From positions 32,001 to 96,000 of the forward strand of contig CAVQYR010000001.1 of the NCBI GenBank assembly GCA_963718235.1: a DNA stretch of 64,000 nucleotides. The letters run 5' to 3'. The position numbers and the translations under genes are program-made. The DNA comes from an uncultured Actinomycetota bacterium (lineage in GTDB: Bacteria; Actinomycetota; Actinomycetes; JAHEKZ01). A model generated the notes under the pieces. That model was given only the letters and a program-made list of their open reading frames with translations, ran no database searches and was not told the DNA's origin. This document shows, piece by piece, positions 1 through 10,563 of the stretch (position 1 is the first letter of the stretch; each line of letters starts with the position of its first letter).

Positions 1-107
1 GGGGCTGACTCCGCAGCCAAGCCGATGGCAGGATCTAGCAGGAGCACCCCAACCGCGGCGCCGAGGAGAGCCATTCGCAGGTGGTGGGGCGTTCGCGAGA
101 TCCTCAT
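1..107 (-). CDS. 5' part of a secreted protein (signal peptide), truncated by window edge
   Basis: ATG at 107 preceded by GGAGG; reads MRISRTPHHLRMALLGAAVGVLLLDPAIGLAAESA, a Sec-type signal peptide; open to position 1. Confidence 0.6.
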   Translation of the reverse strand, partial: MRISRTPHHLRMALLGAAVGVLLLDPAIGLAAESA

Positions 108-295
108 GAGGGGTTCCTCCTCGACCGGCGTGCTTGCGGTCCGGGCCAGTCTGTGCCGGTGGCGCGACCCTTGGCAAGGGAGGACGCCGGCGGATGCAGT
201 GAAGAGCGCTGGGGGAGCGTAGGCCGGTCAGGATCAAAGCCTCTTCTCGGTTCTCCACGACCGGCGGTACGGTCCGATCAGGGAAGGGACACACG

Positions 296-1270
296 ATGAA
301 GGCGATCGTCCAGCAAGAGTACGGCGCACCGCAGGATGTCCTGAAGCTCGCAGAGGTCGACCTGCCCGCGGTTGGGGACGAAGACGTGTTGGTGGCGGTG
401 CGGGCCAGCTCGGCCAACCCATGGGACTGGCACTTCATCCGCGGCGAACCAGTCCTGATGCGCCCCACCGGCCTCGGCGGCGTCCGCAAACCGACATTTC
501 TCATCCCCGGCGGAGATGTGGCAGGAACGGTCGAGCGGGTCGGCGCACAGGTGAGCGGATTCACCGTCGGCGATCAGGTCTACGGCTTCGGCCATGGCGC
601 GTTCGCCGAGTACGTCTCAGTCCCTCAGGGGAACCTCGCCCACATGCCGGCGAGCCTGACCTTCGAGCAGGCCGCGGCAGTGCCCCTCGGGGCTGTCACC
701 GCCCTGCAAGGGTTGCGGGCCGGCGGCCTCCAGGCCGGGCAGCACGTCCTCATCATCGGCGCCTCCGGCGGCGTCGGGACGTTCGCCGTCCAGATGGCCA
801 AGCACCTCGGTGCGGAAGTCACCGGCGTCTGCAGCACCCGCAACGTCGACCTCGTGCGTCGACTCGGGGCCGACCACGTCATCGACTACACGACCCAGGA
901 CGTCTTCAGTGGTCCCACGCGCTACGACCTGGTGCTCCAGCTCGGGGGGACCTACCGCCCGACGGCGATCCGCAAGGCCCTCACTCCTCGGGGCACACTG
1001 ATCCAGTCCTATGGTGACGGCAACCGCTGGTGGGGGCCCCTCGGCAACATCGTGGCAGCCGCGGCGCTCAGCCCGTTCATCGGCCAGACCCTCAAGACCT
1101 TCGTTGCCAAGGAGACGACCGAGACTCTCGACGAGATCACCGAGCTCATCGAGTCCAGGAACCTGATCCCGTCATCGACCGGAGCTTTCCCGCTCGCCGA
1201 CGCCGCACAGGCCGTAATGCTGGTCGAACAGGGTCACCCGGCTGGCAAGGTCACCGTCACCGTCCCCTAG
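296..1270 (+). CDS. NAD(P)-dependent alcohol dehydrogenase / quinone oxidoreductase-like (MDR family)
   Basis: MKAIVQ..YG, ANPWD, GASGGVG Rossmann motif, LGADHVIDY, GKVTV; short out-of-frame patch near 1165-1190. Confidence 0.9.
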   Translation: MKAIVQQEYGAPQDVLKLAEVDLPAVGDEDVLVAVRASSANPWDWHFIRGEPVLMRPTGLGGVRKPTFLIPGGDVAGTVERVGAQVSGFTVGDQVYGFGHGAFAEYVSVPQGNLAHMPASLTFEQAAAVPLGAVTALQGLRAGGLQAGQHVLIIGASGGVGTFAVQMAKHLGAEVTGVCSTRNVDLVRRLGADHVIDYTTQDVFSGPTRYDLVLQLGGTYRPTAIRKALTPRGTLIQSYGDGNRWWGPLGNIVAAAALSPFIGQTLKTFVAKETTETLDEITELIESRNLIPSSTGAFPLADAAQAVMLVEQGHPAGKVTVTVP

Positions 1271-1299
1271 CAGACCGAGGCGGGTGAACGGCCAGCTGC

Positions 1300-1540
1300 G
1301 GACTGCACGAGCGTCTTGTGCAGGACAGTCATCTGCTGCCCGTTCCGCGTCGTGATGTCTCTTGCCGGACCCAGCCACACCGCTGGTAGAGCGCGAGGGC
1401 GAGTTCAGTGCCGACCCAGGCTTCGTCGATGCCATGCCCGGCTGCCCGCTGTTCCGGGTACTGCATCAGTGCACGCCCCACTCCCTCTCCCCGGCGGCCG
1501 GTGCAGTACGCCCAACCCACCGAGGAGGGCGCATGACACC
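1300..1540 (-). pseudogene. Degraded GNAT acetyltransferase remnant
   Basis: Minus-strand fragment RRGEGVGRALMQ...GIDEAWVGT..ALALYQRCGW carries GNAT motifs A and B; no intact start, frames broken on both sides. Confidence 0.55.
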
Positions 1541-1756
1541 GGCCCCCGCGCAGCTTCGTGAGTTCGCCGAGGGCTTGTAAGGGGAGAGCCCCGGACGGCG
1601 CTCACGCCCGCTCGATCCGGGCGAGTTTGCCCACGGGCCGCGGAGCACGCCGCCTCCGTCTGACGCCACGTCGCTGCGCGATCCCAAGAGAAGTCCTTCG
1701 ACCCTGACGCGACCGGATCGTTCGCGAAAGAATTGGGGTGACTGGAGGTGCACGCC

Positions 1757-2491
1757 ATGAATGGAAGGCGTGAACACAAGGCCGCCGCTACCACAGCGGG
1801 GATCCTCTACATCACCGGAACGCTGGCCGGAGTCCTCAGTGGAGTAGTCCTTGCGCCAGTCAGTGACGCGCAGGACCCACTGGCTTCCGCCGCAGAGCAC
1901 TCGAGCAGCGTGGCAACCGGCGCGCTGCTCGTGCTCGTCATGGGGCTGTCTCTCGCGTTCGTCCCCATCGTGCTGTTCCCGGTGCTGAGCCAGGTGAACC
2001 AGGCGCTGGCACTCGGCTACCTGATCCTGCGTGGGGCGGTGGAGACCGTCTTCTACATCGTCCTCGCGATCAGTCTGTTGTTCCTCGCACCGATGGGTGA
2101 GGCCCTGGTTGCAGGCGGGAACACGACATCACCGGCAGGCGTCCGACTCGGTAGTCTCGTCATCGACGCTGACGCCACGAATGCCGTGGGCGCCCTTGTG
2201 TTCTGCCTGGGTGCCGCCCTGTTCTACGTACTGCTCTACTGGTCGCAGATCGTTCCGCGCTGGATCTCGATCTGGGGACTTGCGGCGATCCCCGTGTACG
2301 TAGCTGCGGACCTCCTCGCCATGTATGGCGTCGTCAGTGCGAACTCCTCCGAGCAGGTCATGTTGTTCATGCCGCTGGCTGTGCAGGAAATGGTGCTGGC
2401 GGTCTGGATGATCGCGCGCGGCTTCCGGCCGTCGGTGGTCCCCACCACGTCCGAGGTCGAGCGCCCCTCACTGGCCGTCGCCTCGCGGTAG
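1757..2491 (+). CDS. DUF4386-like integral membrane protein
   Basis: AGILYI..LAG, LFPVL...ALALGYL.LR, IVPRWISIWG, QEMVLAVWMIARGF; GGAGG upstream; start could be GTG 1748. Confidence 0.75.
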   Translation: MNGRREHKAAATTAGILYITGTLAGVLSGVVLAPVSDAQDPLASAAEHSSSVATGALLVLVMGLSLAFVPIVLFPVLSQVNQALALGYLILRGAVETVFYIVLAISLLFLAPMGEALVAGGNTTSPAGVRLGSLVIDADATNAVGALVFCLGAALFYVLLYWSQIVPRWISIWGLAAIPVYVAADLLAMYGVVSANSSEQVMLFMPLAVQEMVLAVWMIARGFRPSVVPTTSEVERPSLAVASR

Positions 2492-2534
2492 GACCTTGGC
2501 CTCTGGCCGTCGACGACGGTGGCACGACTCTGGA

Positions 2535-3747
2535 GGTGTGGCTACGGGTGCGCGAGACCCTGCCCGTGGGCCCGCGCCGAGGCGGCACGGTTCTGCGGCG
2601 GAGCAGTGGGCAGTCGGGCGTCGGCTCTACGTGGACAACCTCAAGGTTCTCCTGATCGCGGCCATCATTGCTGGGCACGCCTTGGGCAGCTACACGTCGA
2701 TGGAGTTGTGGTCGTACGCCGACGTGCGCGAGGTGACGCTGACCCCGGCCACCGAAGGCGCCCTGCTCGCGGTTCTCGCTCCGTTCGCGCTGTTCATGAT
2801 TCCTCTTCTGTTCCTGATCGCCGGCTTGCTCACCCCGCCCTCGGTGGAACGAAAGGGCCACGCAGGGTACGTCCGGGACCGGCTGCTACGACTGGGCGTT
2901 CCGTTCGCGGTGTTCGTCCTCTTGCTGTGGCCCCTGCTGCTGTACGCCTTGTACCGCCCATTGGGCAACGCCGCAGGCTCTTACTGGACCGAGTTCATCG
3001 GAACCCGGGAGGAGAGCCTCGACACCGGCTATCTCTGGTTCATCGGTGACCTCCTGATCTTCTCGCTCGCCTACGTGGCTTGGCGCAAGCTGCGTCCCGG
3101 TCACACCGGGGGCCGCGACCCGTCCGAGCTGCACTTCGGCCACCTGATGGCGATCGTCGCTGCGGTGACCGTCGCGACCTTCCTCGTCCGACTGGGCTTC
3201 CCCTTCAACAGCGAGAACATCGTTGACCTCAACCTGTACCAGTGGCCGGAGTGCGTGGCACTCTTCGCGCTCGGCATCGCAGCCTCCAGCAGGGACTGGC
3301 TGCGGTACGTGCCGGACCGGCTCCGAAGGCAGTGTCGTACCGCAACCCTCACGGCAGTGGGTGGCTTTGCCCTCTTCGTGGTCTTGGGGGCGGTGTTCGG
3401 GGCGATCGACGAAGAAGGGTGGCGAGGCGGCTGGAGCCTGGGCGCTCTGGTCGTTCGCCACGCTGGAAGCAGCCCTCGCTGTGTTCGGGCCGGTGTGGCT
3501 GCTCGGCGCCGCACAACGACACCTCGACCGTCCGTTGCGATGGGCCGGCCCTCAGGTCAGCCGCAGCGCCTACGGTGCGTTCCTGGTGCAAGGTCTGGTG
3601 CTGATCGGACTAGCCGTCGCCCTGCGTCCAGCACCGGTCCCGGCAGAGGTCAAGGCGCTCCTCGTGGCGTGCGGTGGCGTCGTGGCATCGTTCGTGGTCG
3701 CCTGGCTCCTGGTCAGCCGAGTACCAGGGGTGGCCCGCGTCGTGTAG
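2535..3747 (+). CDS. Acyltransferase family 3 (OafA/OpgC-like) membrane protein, split by one frameshift near 3454
   Basis: RRLYVDNLKV, FMIPLLFLIAG, DRLLRLGVP, GYLWF in frame 1; C-terminus (FATLEA...SAYGAFLVQ...VPGVARVV) continues in ORF 3223-3747; start approximate. Confidence 0.8.
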
Positions 3748-3848
3748 AGCGCGAGGCGGCACCGATGACGTGACCACCGGCCCATGCGGGACCGCCCTTC
3801 GGTGCGGGAGAATGGGACCCGGCAAGGCCATCGTCGAATGGAGTCACC

Positions 3849-4628
3849 GTGCCCGAGACCCCGGCTGGCTGGTACCCAGACCCCCAGGACCCGAGTTACC
3901 TCCGCTACTGGAACGGTGTGGCGTGGACCGAACAGCGAGCGCCCCTTCAGCCGGCCCCACTGCCGCCTATGCCGGCCCCCGTGGCGCCGGTGGCTGCAGC
4001 GACGCCCTATCCAGCCCGGCTCCAGGTGGACCACGCCGCGTCGTACAACCGGCTGACGACGTTCTTCCGGCTGGTGCTGATCATCCCGATCGCCATCATC
4101 TTGAGCATCCTCACCGCAGGCGGCACGCAGACCGTCTCCGACGAGGCAGGAAGGACGGTCACGACAACCACCGGTGGGATCGTCTCCGGACTGTTCTTCG
4201 CCACGCTCCTGATGATCCTGTTCCGCAAGCGCTACCCGCGCTGGTGGTTCGACTTCGCGCAGGAGCTGGCCCGGTTCTCCACCCGCATCGGCGCGTACCT
4301 GGCACTGCTGACCGATGAGTACCCGTCGACCGTCGACCACCAGCGAGTCCACCTCGACCTCGACTACCCCGATGCCGAAGCGGACCTCAAACGCGGGCTG
4401 CCGCTCGTCAAGTGGTTCTTGGCGATCCCCCACTTCATCGTGCTGTTCGCGCTCACCATTGCGGCGTTCTTCGCCGTCGTCGCTGCATGGTTCGCCATCC
4501 TCTTCACCGGCCGCTACCCCCGCGGCCTCTTCGACTTCGTCGTCGGGGTTGGTCGCTGGTGGCTGCGCGTGGACGCCTACGCGTTCCTGCTCGTGACCGA
4601 CCGCTACCCACCCTTCTCCTTGAACTGA
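3849..4628 (+). CDS. DUF2510 + DUF4389 membrane protein
   Basis: PAGWYPDP...RYWNG..WT N-terminal motif; two FT/RKRYP...TDxYP repeats. Confidence 0.85.
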   Translation: MPETPAGWYPDPQDPSYLRYWNGVAWTEQRAPLQPAPLPPMPAPVAPVAAATPYPARLQVDHAASYNRLTTFFRLVLIIPIAIILSILTAGGTQTVSDEAGRTVTTTTGGIVSGLFFATLLMILFRKRYPRWWFDFAQELARFSTRIGAYLALLTDEYPSTVDHQRVHLDLDYPDAEADLKRGLPLVKWFLAIPHFIVLFALTIAAFFAVVAAWFAILFTGRYPRGLFDFVVGVGRWWLRVDAYAFLLVTDRYPPFSLN

Positions 4629-4689
4629 CGGCGCCGGGGCACCGGCCCCTGGCGTACTTGGAAGCGTCGCCCCTACGGGAGGTTCCACC

Positions 4690-5166
4690 ATGACCAACGC
4701 GACAGCTCAACCCCCGAAGATGCCACCAACCTGGTTCATGCACACGTTCTGGCGCGTTCACCGCACACTCAACCGACTCAGCGGCGGCCGGTTCCTGTGG
4801 ACCACAGCGAGCAAGCGCGGCTGGGGGGCGCTGCGTCTCACGACCATCGGGCGCAAGTCGGGGCAGCAGCGCAACGTCATCGTCGGCTACCTCGAGGACG
4901 GCCCCAACCTCGTCACCCTCGCGATGAACGGCTGGGGTGAGGGCCACCCCGCGTGGTGGCTCAACCTGGAGGCACACCCCGACGCCGTCGTGCGTCTGTC
5001 CCACCAACCGCCGCGCCCGGTGCGGGCCCACGCGGCGACGGGCGAGGAGCGCGAGCGGCTCTGGCAGCTCTGGGCGACCGTCGACGACGATCTCGACGGG
5101 TACGCCGGCCTGCGGTCGACCGAGACGCCCGTCGTCGTCCTCGAGCCGCGTGAAGAGCCCGTCTAG
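4690..5166 (+). CDS. F420-dependent nitroreductase (Ddn family)
   Basis: LTTIGRKSG..R, AMNG...HPAWWLNLEAHP, TPVVVLEP. Confidence 0.85.
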   Translation: MTNATAQPPKMPPTWFMHTFWRVHRTLNRLSGGRFLWTTASKRGWGALRLTTIGRKSGQQRNVIVGYLEDGPNLVTLAMNGWGEGHPAWWLNLEAHPDAVVRLSHQPPRPVRAHAATGEERERLWQLWATVDDDLDGYAGLRSTETPVVVLEPREEPV

Positions 5167-5179
5167 CTACTGTCGGGCC

Positions 5180-5986
5180 ATGACTGAGTTCACCGACGAA
5201 GACATGGCGGGCGCCAGGTTCCAGCATGTCGACTTGAGGAACGCCCGGTTCGAACGGGTGAACCTGAGCGGGGCCGAGGTTCGCATGACCACCCTCGCCG
5301 GCGCAACGTTCCACGCGGTCGAGATGACCAACGTCGTCATGCACGGCGTCGAGCTGGTCGACGTCGAAATCCACGGCGAGATCGAGAACCTGACGATCAA
5401 CGGCGTCGACGTCGGGCCTCTGATCGACGCGGAGCTGGACCAGCGCCATCCCGGCCGAGCCCTGATGCGCCCGGTCGACGCCGAGGGGTTCCGCGAGGCA
5501 TGGGGCCTCATCGAGCGGCTGTGGGCCGAGACCGTCGAGCGCGCGCGTCACCTGCCTCCGCAGCTGCTGCACGAGTCCGTCGGGGGTGAGTGGTCGTTCA
5601 TCGAGACGCTGCGGCACTTGAGCTTCGCCACCGACTCCTGGATCCGACGCGCCGTCCTCGGCGACCCGTCGCCCTGGGACCCCCTGGACCTCCCCTGGGA
5701 CGAGATGCCCGACACCCCGGGCGTCCCGCGCGACCGAGACGTGCGACCGTCACTCGACGTCGTACTCGCCCTGCGTCACGACCGGATGTCGACCGTGCGG
5801 GCCGTCCTCGACGACCTGACCGACGAGTCCTTGGCCGCGGACACCGAACCGGTTCACGGACCGGGGTGGCCGGAGCCCCGCAGCTACCCGGTGCGTGAGT
5901 GTCTGCGCTGCATCCTCAACGAGGAGTGGGAACACCGGCTGTACGCCGAGCGCGACCTGGACGCGTTGGAGGCGCGCACCATCTAG
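5180..5986 (+). CDS. Pentapeptide-repeat + DinB family protein
   Basis: N-terminal AxFxx pentapeptides; EWSFIETLRHL and EEWEH DinB motifs; TACTGT 6 nt before ATG. Confidence 0.85.
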   Translation: MTEFTDEDMAGARFQHVDLRNARFERVNLSGAEVRMTTLAGATFHAVEMTNVVMHGVELVDVEIHGEIENLTINGVDVGPLIDAELDQRHPGRALMRPVDAEGFREAWGLIERLWAETVERARHLPPQLLHESVGGEWSFIETLRHLSFATDSWIRRAVLGDPSPWDPLDLPWDEMPDTPGVPRDRDVRPSLDVVLALRHDRMSTVRAVLDDLTDESLAADTEPVHGPGWPEPRSYPVRECLRCILNEEWEHRLYAERDLDALEARTI

Positions 5987-6001
5987 CGCTGTGGCCTTGC
6001 G

Positions 6002-6580
6002 CTACGGCGTGCGACCGATGCTCTCGTGGAAGCCCGGCTCGTCGGCGACCGGCGGCCACAAGTAGCTGTGACCGAGATCCTCACCCCACTTCGTGGCGCG
6101 GGCGCTCTCACCGTCGACCAGATTCGAGTGCCGGTCCACCAGGAAGCTCTCGGGGTCAGCCGCGATCGTGAAGCCGTGCTTGACGAGTCGGTGGCTGATT
6201 CCGCGCGACGCGCGTCCGGTCAGGATCGCGGCGGTGTCGATGCGGGTGTCGAAAGCGGCGGCTCTCTTGTCCTCGACCGGGCGGAGTGCGTCGAACCAGT
6301 CACGCAGCCCCGGGCCCGCCGCGTCGGGGTCGACGTGCAAGGTGCTCTCCGGCTTGTCCGTGGCCTCGACGGCGCTCTTGCGCGACATGGCCGAGGTCAT
6401 GCCGTGGGCGTGGGTGGGGCCACCGACCACCACCAGGTCGGCCCAGGCCACCTCCTGGTCGGTGGCGTCAGTGACCGACGCCACGTGGACCTCGCCGCGC
6501 GGACGAAGCCCCTCGGCGATGTGGTCGGCGATCTCGTGGGTGTTGCCGTACATGGACTCGTAGACGATCAGCGTACGCAT
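6002..6580 (-). CDS. Flavodoxin-domain protein
   Basis: LIVYESMYGNT, VVGGPTH, AAAFDTR; GGAGG upstream. Confidence 0.85.
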   Translation of the reverse strand: MRTLIVYESMYGNTHEIADHIAEGLRPRGEVHVASVTDATDQEVAWADLVVVGGPTHAHGMTSAMSRKSAVEATDKPESTLHVDPDAAGPGLRDWFDALRPVEDKRAAAFDTRIDTAAILTGRASRGISHRLVKHGFTIAADPESFLVDRHSNLVDGESARATKWGEDLGHSYLWPPVADEPGFHESIGRTP

Positions 6581-6695
6581 GATCCACCTCCCTGCGTGCT
6601 GCTCCGAGCATGCGACTCCGCAGCGCCGACGGCCAGGGCCGGACGTCCCCCACCCGCGCAGGCGCGCGCCCCCCAGCGACTGGGACACTCAGGCC

Positions 6696-7388
6696 ATGTT
6701 GAACACTTCTGTGACCAGGGTGGACTTCGGCTACTTCGTTCGTCCGGCTGAGGAGACCCTGACCGGCTCCCCTCGCGTGGAGCCGTGCCTGGGCTATGTG
6801 GTGAGGCACCGTCATGGAGCACTGCTCTTCGACACGGGCATGGGCACCCACCCCGACGTCGACGCCCACTACCGACCCCGTCGAAGGGGGCTCGAGGAGG
6901 CGCTTCACAGCAGCGGACTGCGGCTCGAGGAGGTCACCGAGGTGGCGAACTGCCATCTGCACTTCGACCACTGCGGCGGCAACCCACGACTGGCGGGGCG
7001 GCCCTTCTTCACCCAGACCAGCGAGCTCGCCGCCGCCAGGGGAACCCAGGACTACACCCTGCCGGAGCTGGTGGACCCACCGGGCACTCGATGGGAGGAG
7101 CTGGACGGCGAGACCGAGATCCTCCCCGGCGTCGTCCTCATGCCGACTCCCGGGCACACCGAGGGGCACCAGTCACTCGTCGTCCGGCGCAGCGACGGAG
7201 TCGTGATCGTCGCCGGGCAGAGCCACGACACGGCCAGCCAGTACGCCGCGGATGCTCTTGCCCTGAGGGCCCACAAGGACGGGCACGGAGCACCGTTGCC
7301 CGTTCCGCCGGTGTGGCAGGAAGCACTGCAGCGACTGGACCCTTCCCGCGTCGTGTTTGCGCACGACCACTCCGTCTGGGTGCCCTGA
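6696..7388 (+). CDS. Metallo-beta-lactamase fold hydrolase (AHL-lactonase-like)
   Basis: LFDTG, HLHFDHCGG, TPGHTEGH, FAHD. Confidence 0.85.
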   Translation: MLNTSVTRVDFGYFVRPAEETLTGSPRVEPCLGYVVRHRHGALLFDTGMGTHPDVDAHYRPRRRGLEEALHSSGLRLEEVTEVANCHLHFDHCGGNPRLAGRPFFTQTSELAAARGTQDYTLPELVDPPGTRWEELDGETEILPGVVLMPTPGHTEGHQSLVVRRSDGVVIVAGQSHDTASQYAADALALRAHKDGHGAPLPVPPVWQEALQRLDPSRVVFAHDHSVWVP

Positions 7389-7418
7389 GGCGCGAGGGCA
7401 GTCAGCCATACTCCGCGG

Positions 7419-7946
7419 ATGGCTGAGCAGCTCGCCGAAGCGACCACCGACGACGACTACGCGGCCTTCGGCACCCTCGTGCGCGAGTACTGGCAGTGGC
7501 TCCACGCGCGTTATGCCGACCTACCGGGGTTCATCGACGCCGTGGGTGGCCACCAGGCACTGGACGCCGAGCTGAGCTCACTGCGCGAGACCTACGGTCC
7601 CCCGGCGGGCAAGACGCTCCTCGCCGTCCGCGAGGGTGAGGTCAGCGGGGGGATCGCGTACCGAGACCTCGGCGACGGGGCGTGCGAGATGAAGCGGCTG
7701 TTCGTCCCCGACCAGTTCCAGGGACAGGGCATCGGCCGCAGACTGTGCCAAGCGTTGGTCGACGTGGCCACAGCTGATGGCTACCGGCTCATGCGCCTGG
7801 ACACCGGCAACCAGAACACCGAGGCGATCACGATGTACGAGTCACTCGGCTTCCGTGAGTGCCCGCCCTACCACCAGTACCCGGCCGAGCTCATGGCCCA
7901 CCTGCGGTTCATGGAGAGGCCGCTGGACAACCGCGACTCAGGCTAG
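7419..7946 (+). CDS. GNAT family N-acetyltransferase
   Basis: CEMKRLFV, QGQGIGRRL, MRLDT, YESLGF. Confidence 0.9.
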   Translation: MAEQLAEATTDDDYAAFGTLVREYWQWLHARYADLPGFIDAVGGHQALDAELSSLRETYGPPAGKTLLAVREGEVSGGIAYRDLGDGACEMKRLFVPDQFQGQGIGRRLCQALVDVATADGYRLMRLDTGNQNTEAITMYESLGFRECPPYHQYPAELMAHLRFMERPLDNRDSG

Positions 7947-8587
7947 GCGTCGCGGCGACGGCGCGCGGCGAGCAGCAGCGCGGTGCCGCCGGCCAGCAGC
8001 ACGCCGGCCACGAGCAGGGTCGAGGCGATCTGCCCACCGGTACGGGGCAGCGCTCCGTTGATGATCGGGATGCCGCTGCCGGCTGTGTCACCGGCGGTGG
8101 TCGAGCCGCCGGACCCACCGGTCCCACCGGCGGTGCCGGACCCGCCCGACCCGCCGTTGCCGCCGTTGCCCGCCGGGTCGGCGGTGGTGACCGTGACGCT
8201 GGTGACCAGCTCGAGGGGCCCACCCTCGGACGCGGTGCCGCTGAACGCGACTCGGTTGACCCCGGCCTGGTCGAAGGTGATGCCCTGCCGGACCACGCCC
8301 TTGGCGTCTGCGGCACCCGTGCCGCTGGCTGCCTGACCGGTCGGGGCGGTCACCGCGTAGGTGACCGACGAGCCCGGCACGAACGTCTGGACCCGGAAGG
8401 TCAGCACCCCACCGCGGGCCACCACGAACGAGGAGGCGGAGATCTGGTTGAACACCGGCGGGTAGTCGGGCTCGGCCCACGCGGGCGCGGCAGCAGGGAC
8501 GGCGACCACGGCGGTCGCAAGGGCTACGGCCAGCGCCCGGCGCACCCCGAACCGGCCCAGGGGCGAGCCCTTGGTCGAGTCAGTCAT
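7943..8587 (-). CDS. Sortase-anchored (LPxTG) surface protein
   Basis: Signal peptide ending AWA, Gly-rich linker, LPRTG + hydrophobic segment + RRRR tail. Confidence 0.8.
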   Translation of the reverse strand: MTDSTKGSPLGRFGVRRALAVALATAVVAVPAAAPAWAEPDYPPVFNQISASSFVVARGGVLTFRVQTFVPGSSVTYAVTAPTGQAASGTGAADAKGVVRQGITFDQAGVNRVAFSGTASEGGPLELVTSVTVTTADPAGNGGNGGSGGSGTAGGTGGSGGSTTAGDTAGSGIPIINGALPRTGGQIASTLLVAGVLLAGGTALLLAARRRRDA

Positions 8588-8687
8588 CGGGTGTCCCCAA
8601 TCTGGGTCGTTGGGCCGTGCAGCCGTCACCGGCCGGCGCCGGTCGAGCCGTTCGTAGCCTAGCGCGGGAGGGCCCGCACAGCCGGGA

Positions 8688-10562
8688 TCAGCACCCTGGA
8701 TCATCGGCACGCACGACGATCGGCTTGACCAGGGGGCTCACGAAGGTCCGCGGGGTCGGATCGACCCCCTCCGGGCGTGGGGGCTCCAGGACGTCGAAGG
8801 TCAGCCGGGCCGCACGCCCGGCCGGGATCGCCACCGGCACCCGGAACACCGGCCGGCCCCGCTCGACGCCCGGCGCCACGGCCACCGGACGCCCGTCCAG
8901 CTCGGCCTTCACCAGAGCGGCGTCCTGGGCGGCGTAGACCTGCGCGTAGACGAAGTGGTCGCCGCCCCGGCTGACCCCCACCCCGCCGGGTCCGAGCGGG
9001 AGGTCGAGCCGCTGGTCGACGTAGAGCGGGAGGGTGCCCCGCTTGGGCGCCTCGTTACGCAGCGTGACCGTGATCCGGGTCAACGAGGAGCCGTCGGCAT
9101 TGCACCGCACCGTCTCGTAGTCCAGCTCCTGGGCCAGGTAGTAGTCGAGCTTGTTGCCCGACCCGTTGATCACCGCGAGCCCGGCGAAAGGCCCTGGCCC
9201 CTCGGGCACCACCCCGCCGACCGACGTCGTCTCGAGCAGTGCCTGCTCGTCGGGGACGGCGGAGTACACGAGCAGCCGCCGATCGTCGGCAGCGTGGCCC
9301 AGTGCGTCGAGCAGCGCCTGGGGGTCACCCTCACCGCTGAGCATCCGGCGCAGCACCGTCTTGCCGACCTCCTGCAGGTAGAGGTCACGCTTGCCGTCGT
9401 TCCGGATCACCGAGTAGACCTCGTTCTCGGTGAACGGGACGACGTTGTCCGCCGAGATCACCCGACCGTCAGCCATGGCTGCCGGACCGGTGACGGCGAG
9501 CAGGTACTTCATGGTGACCGGGTCGAGGGTGATCACGCCGTCGAGCTGGTCGCCGGTGCGGTCGGCGTACATCTGCAGCCACAGCTGCGCCGCGTATGGG
9601 TAGTGGGGCGACAGGTTCGCGCTCGCCCAGGTGCCCGGCTCGTCGCCGTACAGCGCCGCGTAGTCGGGGCCGAAGTCCAGCGGCGGCTTGTCGTAGACCA
9701 GCGGGTCGAGGTCGGAGCGGGGCGCGACCTTCTCGACGGTCACCTTGCCGTCGTCGGCGCGGATGATCCCGTACGCGCCGAGGAACCCCCCGGTCCCCCT
9801 CGCCTCGTTGTTGCTCTGGATGGCCAGGAAGTACCGGCGCGGGCCGTCGGCCCCGAGCATGGGTGGCAGCAGCCGGACCGCCTTGAGTGCCGCCTCGGTG
9901 GTGGCTGTCGTGTCGTCAAGCTGGCTGGTGAGGTCGTCGACCGCCCGGCCGACCCGTGCGGGGGTGAACCCGAGCTCGAGGTCGGCGAGCTGGGCCTGGG
10001 CGTCCGCCAACCCGACCAACGCCTGTTCCAGGGGCGGCCCGGCCCGCTCGAAGGCCGCGAGGTCGATCCGGTTGCCCGCAGACCTCAGCGTGCGCGGGTC
10101 GAGAGCCGCTCCGGCGTCGACGAGGTCAGCCAGCGCGCCGTCGGCCAGGTCGTCGGCGGTCTCGGCGACGGTGGACACGGCCGCTGGCGTCTGCCCCAGC
10201 AGCGGGACGGCGGCCGCCACCGCGAAGACCGGGTCGGAGGTGAGGTCTCGCGCGCGCTGGGTGTTGCCCTGCGCGGCCGCCAGCGACTGCTCGGCGGCGG
10301 GAACGTCGCCCTGGCGCAGCGCCGCGCTCGTGGCCGAGAGGTCGTCCTGCGCTGCCGTGAGGGCGTCGGCCGCGCTCGAACCCCGCACGTACAGCCAGGC
10401 CGCTGAGGCAACGGCGAGCACGAGCAGGACGGTGCATCCGGCCAGCAGGTACAGCGCAGTGCGCCGCCCTCCGGAGCGACGTCGTCCCGACGACTCAGCA
10501 GACGACTCAGCAGACGACTGGGCAGACGACTCGGTGTCGCGGGACCGCCCGTGCTTGGCCAT
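8688..10562 (-). CDS. DUF4012 domain protein
   Basis: N-terminal TM; QSNNEARGTGG, ANLSPHYP, DGVITLDP, GNKLDYY. Confidence 0.85.
   Translation of the reverse strand: MAKHGRSRDTESSAQSSAESSAESSGRRRSGGRRTALYLLAGCTVLLVLAVASAAWLYVRGSSAADALTAAQDDLSATSAALRQGDVPAAEQSLAAAQGNTQRARDLTSDPVFAVAAAVPLLGQTPAAVSTVAETADDLADGALADLVDAGAALDPRTLRSAGNRIDLAAFERAGPPLEQALVGLADAQAQLADLELGFTPARVGRAVDDLTSQLDDTTATTEAALKAVRLLPPMLGADGPRRYFLAIQSNNEARGTGGFLGAYGIIRADDGKVTVEKVAPRSDLDPLVYDKPPLDFGPDYAALYGDEPGTWASANLSPHYPYAAQLWLQMYADRTGDQLDGVITLDPVTMKYLLAVTGPAAMADGRVISADNVVPFTENEVYSVIRNDGKRDLYLQEVGKTVLRRMLSGEGDPQALLDALGHAADDRRLLVYSAVPDEQALLETTSVGGVVPEGPGPFAGLAVINGSGNKLDYYLAQELDYETVRCNADGSSLTRITVTLRNEAPKRGTLPLYVDQRLDLPLGPGGVGVSRGGDHFVYAQVYAAQDAALVKAELDGRPVAVAPGVERGRPVFRVPVAIPAGRAARLTFDVLEPPRPEGVDPTPRTFVSPLVKPIVVRADDPGC
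10489..10533. repeat. 12-bp tandem repeat (~4 units, GACGACTCAGCA) encoding TESS/AQSS/AESS/AESS
   Basis: Seen directly, in frame in the DUF4012 N-terminus. Confidence 0.8.
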
Positions 10563-10563
10563 G

